DNA of 63,868 nt, filler included, from Octopus bimaculoides (lineage: Eukaryota), in assembly GCF_001194135.2 (NCBI RefSeq). It is 8 parts of 8 records of this genome, joined end to end, with 100 filler letters (N's around TTAATTAATTAA, not from the genome) between each part and the next. Parts side by side here need not be neighbours in the genome. Positions count along the whole stretch, not along the records: positions 61,823 to 63,868 come from NW_026439754.1; 7 more parts are not named here. One strand, given 5' to 3'. Numbering within the stretch: position 1 is the first letter of the stretch; each line of letters starts with the position of its first letter. Below the pieces are notes generated by a model that ran no database searches, was not told where the DNA came from, and was given only the letters and a program-made list of their open reading frames with translations. The position numbers were made by a program, and so were the translations under genes. Shown here one piece after another: positions 63,481 through 63,868 of this stretch.

Positions 63481-63868
63481 ATTGCTATCCAGTCACTTAA
63501 ATTGCGAGTGGTTGATCGAATATCAGTCTCCACCGTTTATCGAAATCAATGAGAATGTTCACTTAAGCTGCAGAACAAGTTTTAATATTAGCAATTCAAT
63601 TACTGATTGTTAACTACCAATTCTTTTCAATACTTTTAAAAGACAAAATAGGGTTGGGCTTCACATACAGGAAACGTGAGTCGAGATACATCAACCAACA
63701 AAGATTATCCAAGCAATTAATTGAAAAACCTCCCCTTTGCGGTGTTTAGAATGGAAACAAATGCTTTAAGTGGGGAAATTGGTAGAATCGATAGAATCTC
63801 GAATTATTTGTTTCGACCCTCTTCACTTTGAGTTCAAAACCCATTGATGTCCAGTTTGCCTTTCATTC

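Overview
This is a gapped, AT-rich, microsatellite- and SINE-dense animal scaffold. The SINE families (tRNA-Arg-headed, CORE-like and (GAT)n-tailed RTE-type) point to an octopus genome, which is an inference. It is not prokaryotic, and almost all long ORFs in the supplied track are artefacts of N-runs or dinucleotide repeats. Manual splicing gives two minus-strand genes. The first is a SEC14L2-like CRAL-TRIO/GOLD lipid-binding gene with 10 phase-consistent GT-AG exons at 11226..266; its first and last exons were not found. The second is three consecutive exons of BRCA2 (end of OB1, OB2 and Tower) at 41643..36809; the rest of BRCA2 is not visible. The remainder is mostly retroelement debris (RTE, CR1-like, CRE, R4/Dong, HERO, several SINE families), plus a mariner relic and Helentron-type elements. 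The most interesting signals are hammerhead-ribozyme motifs in several unrelated Penelope-like repeats (best at 57108-57199 and 25616-25655), two long fold-back palindromes (35372-35798 and 42868-43135), SINE stacking in (TAA)n and (AT)n microsatellites, and an 8-unit higher-order array at 54.6-55.4 kb.
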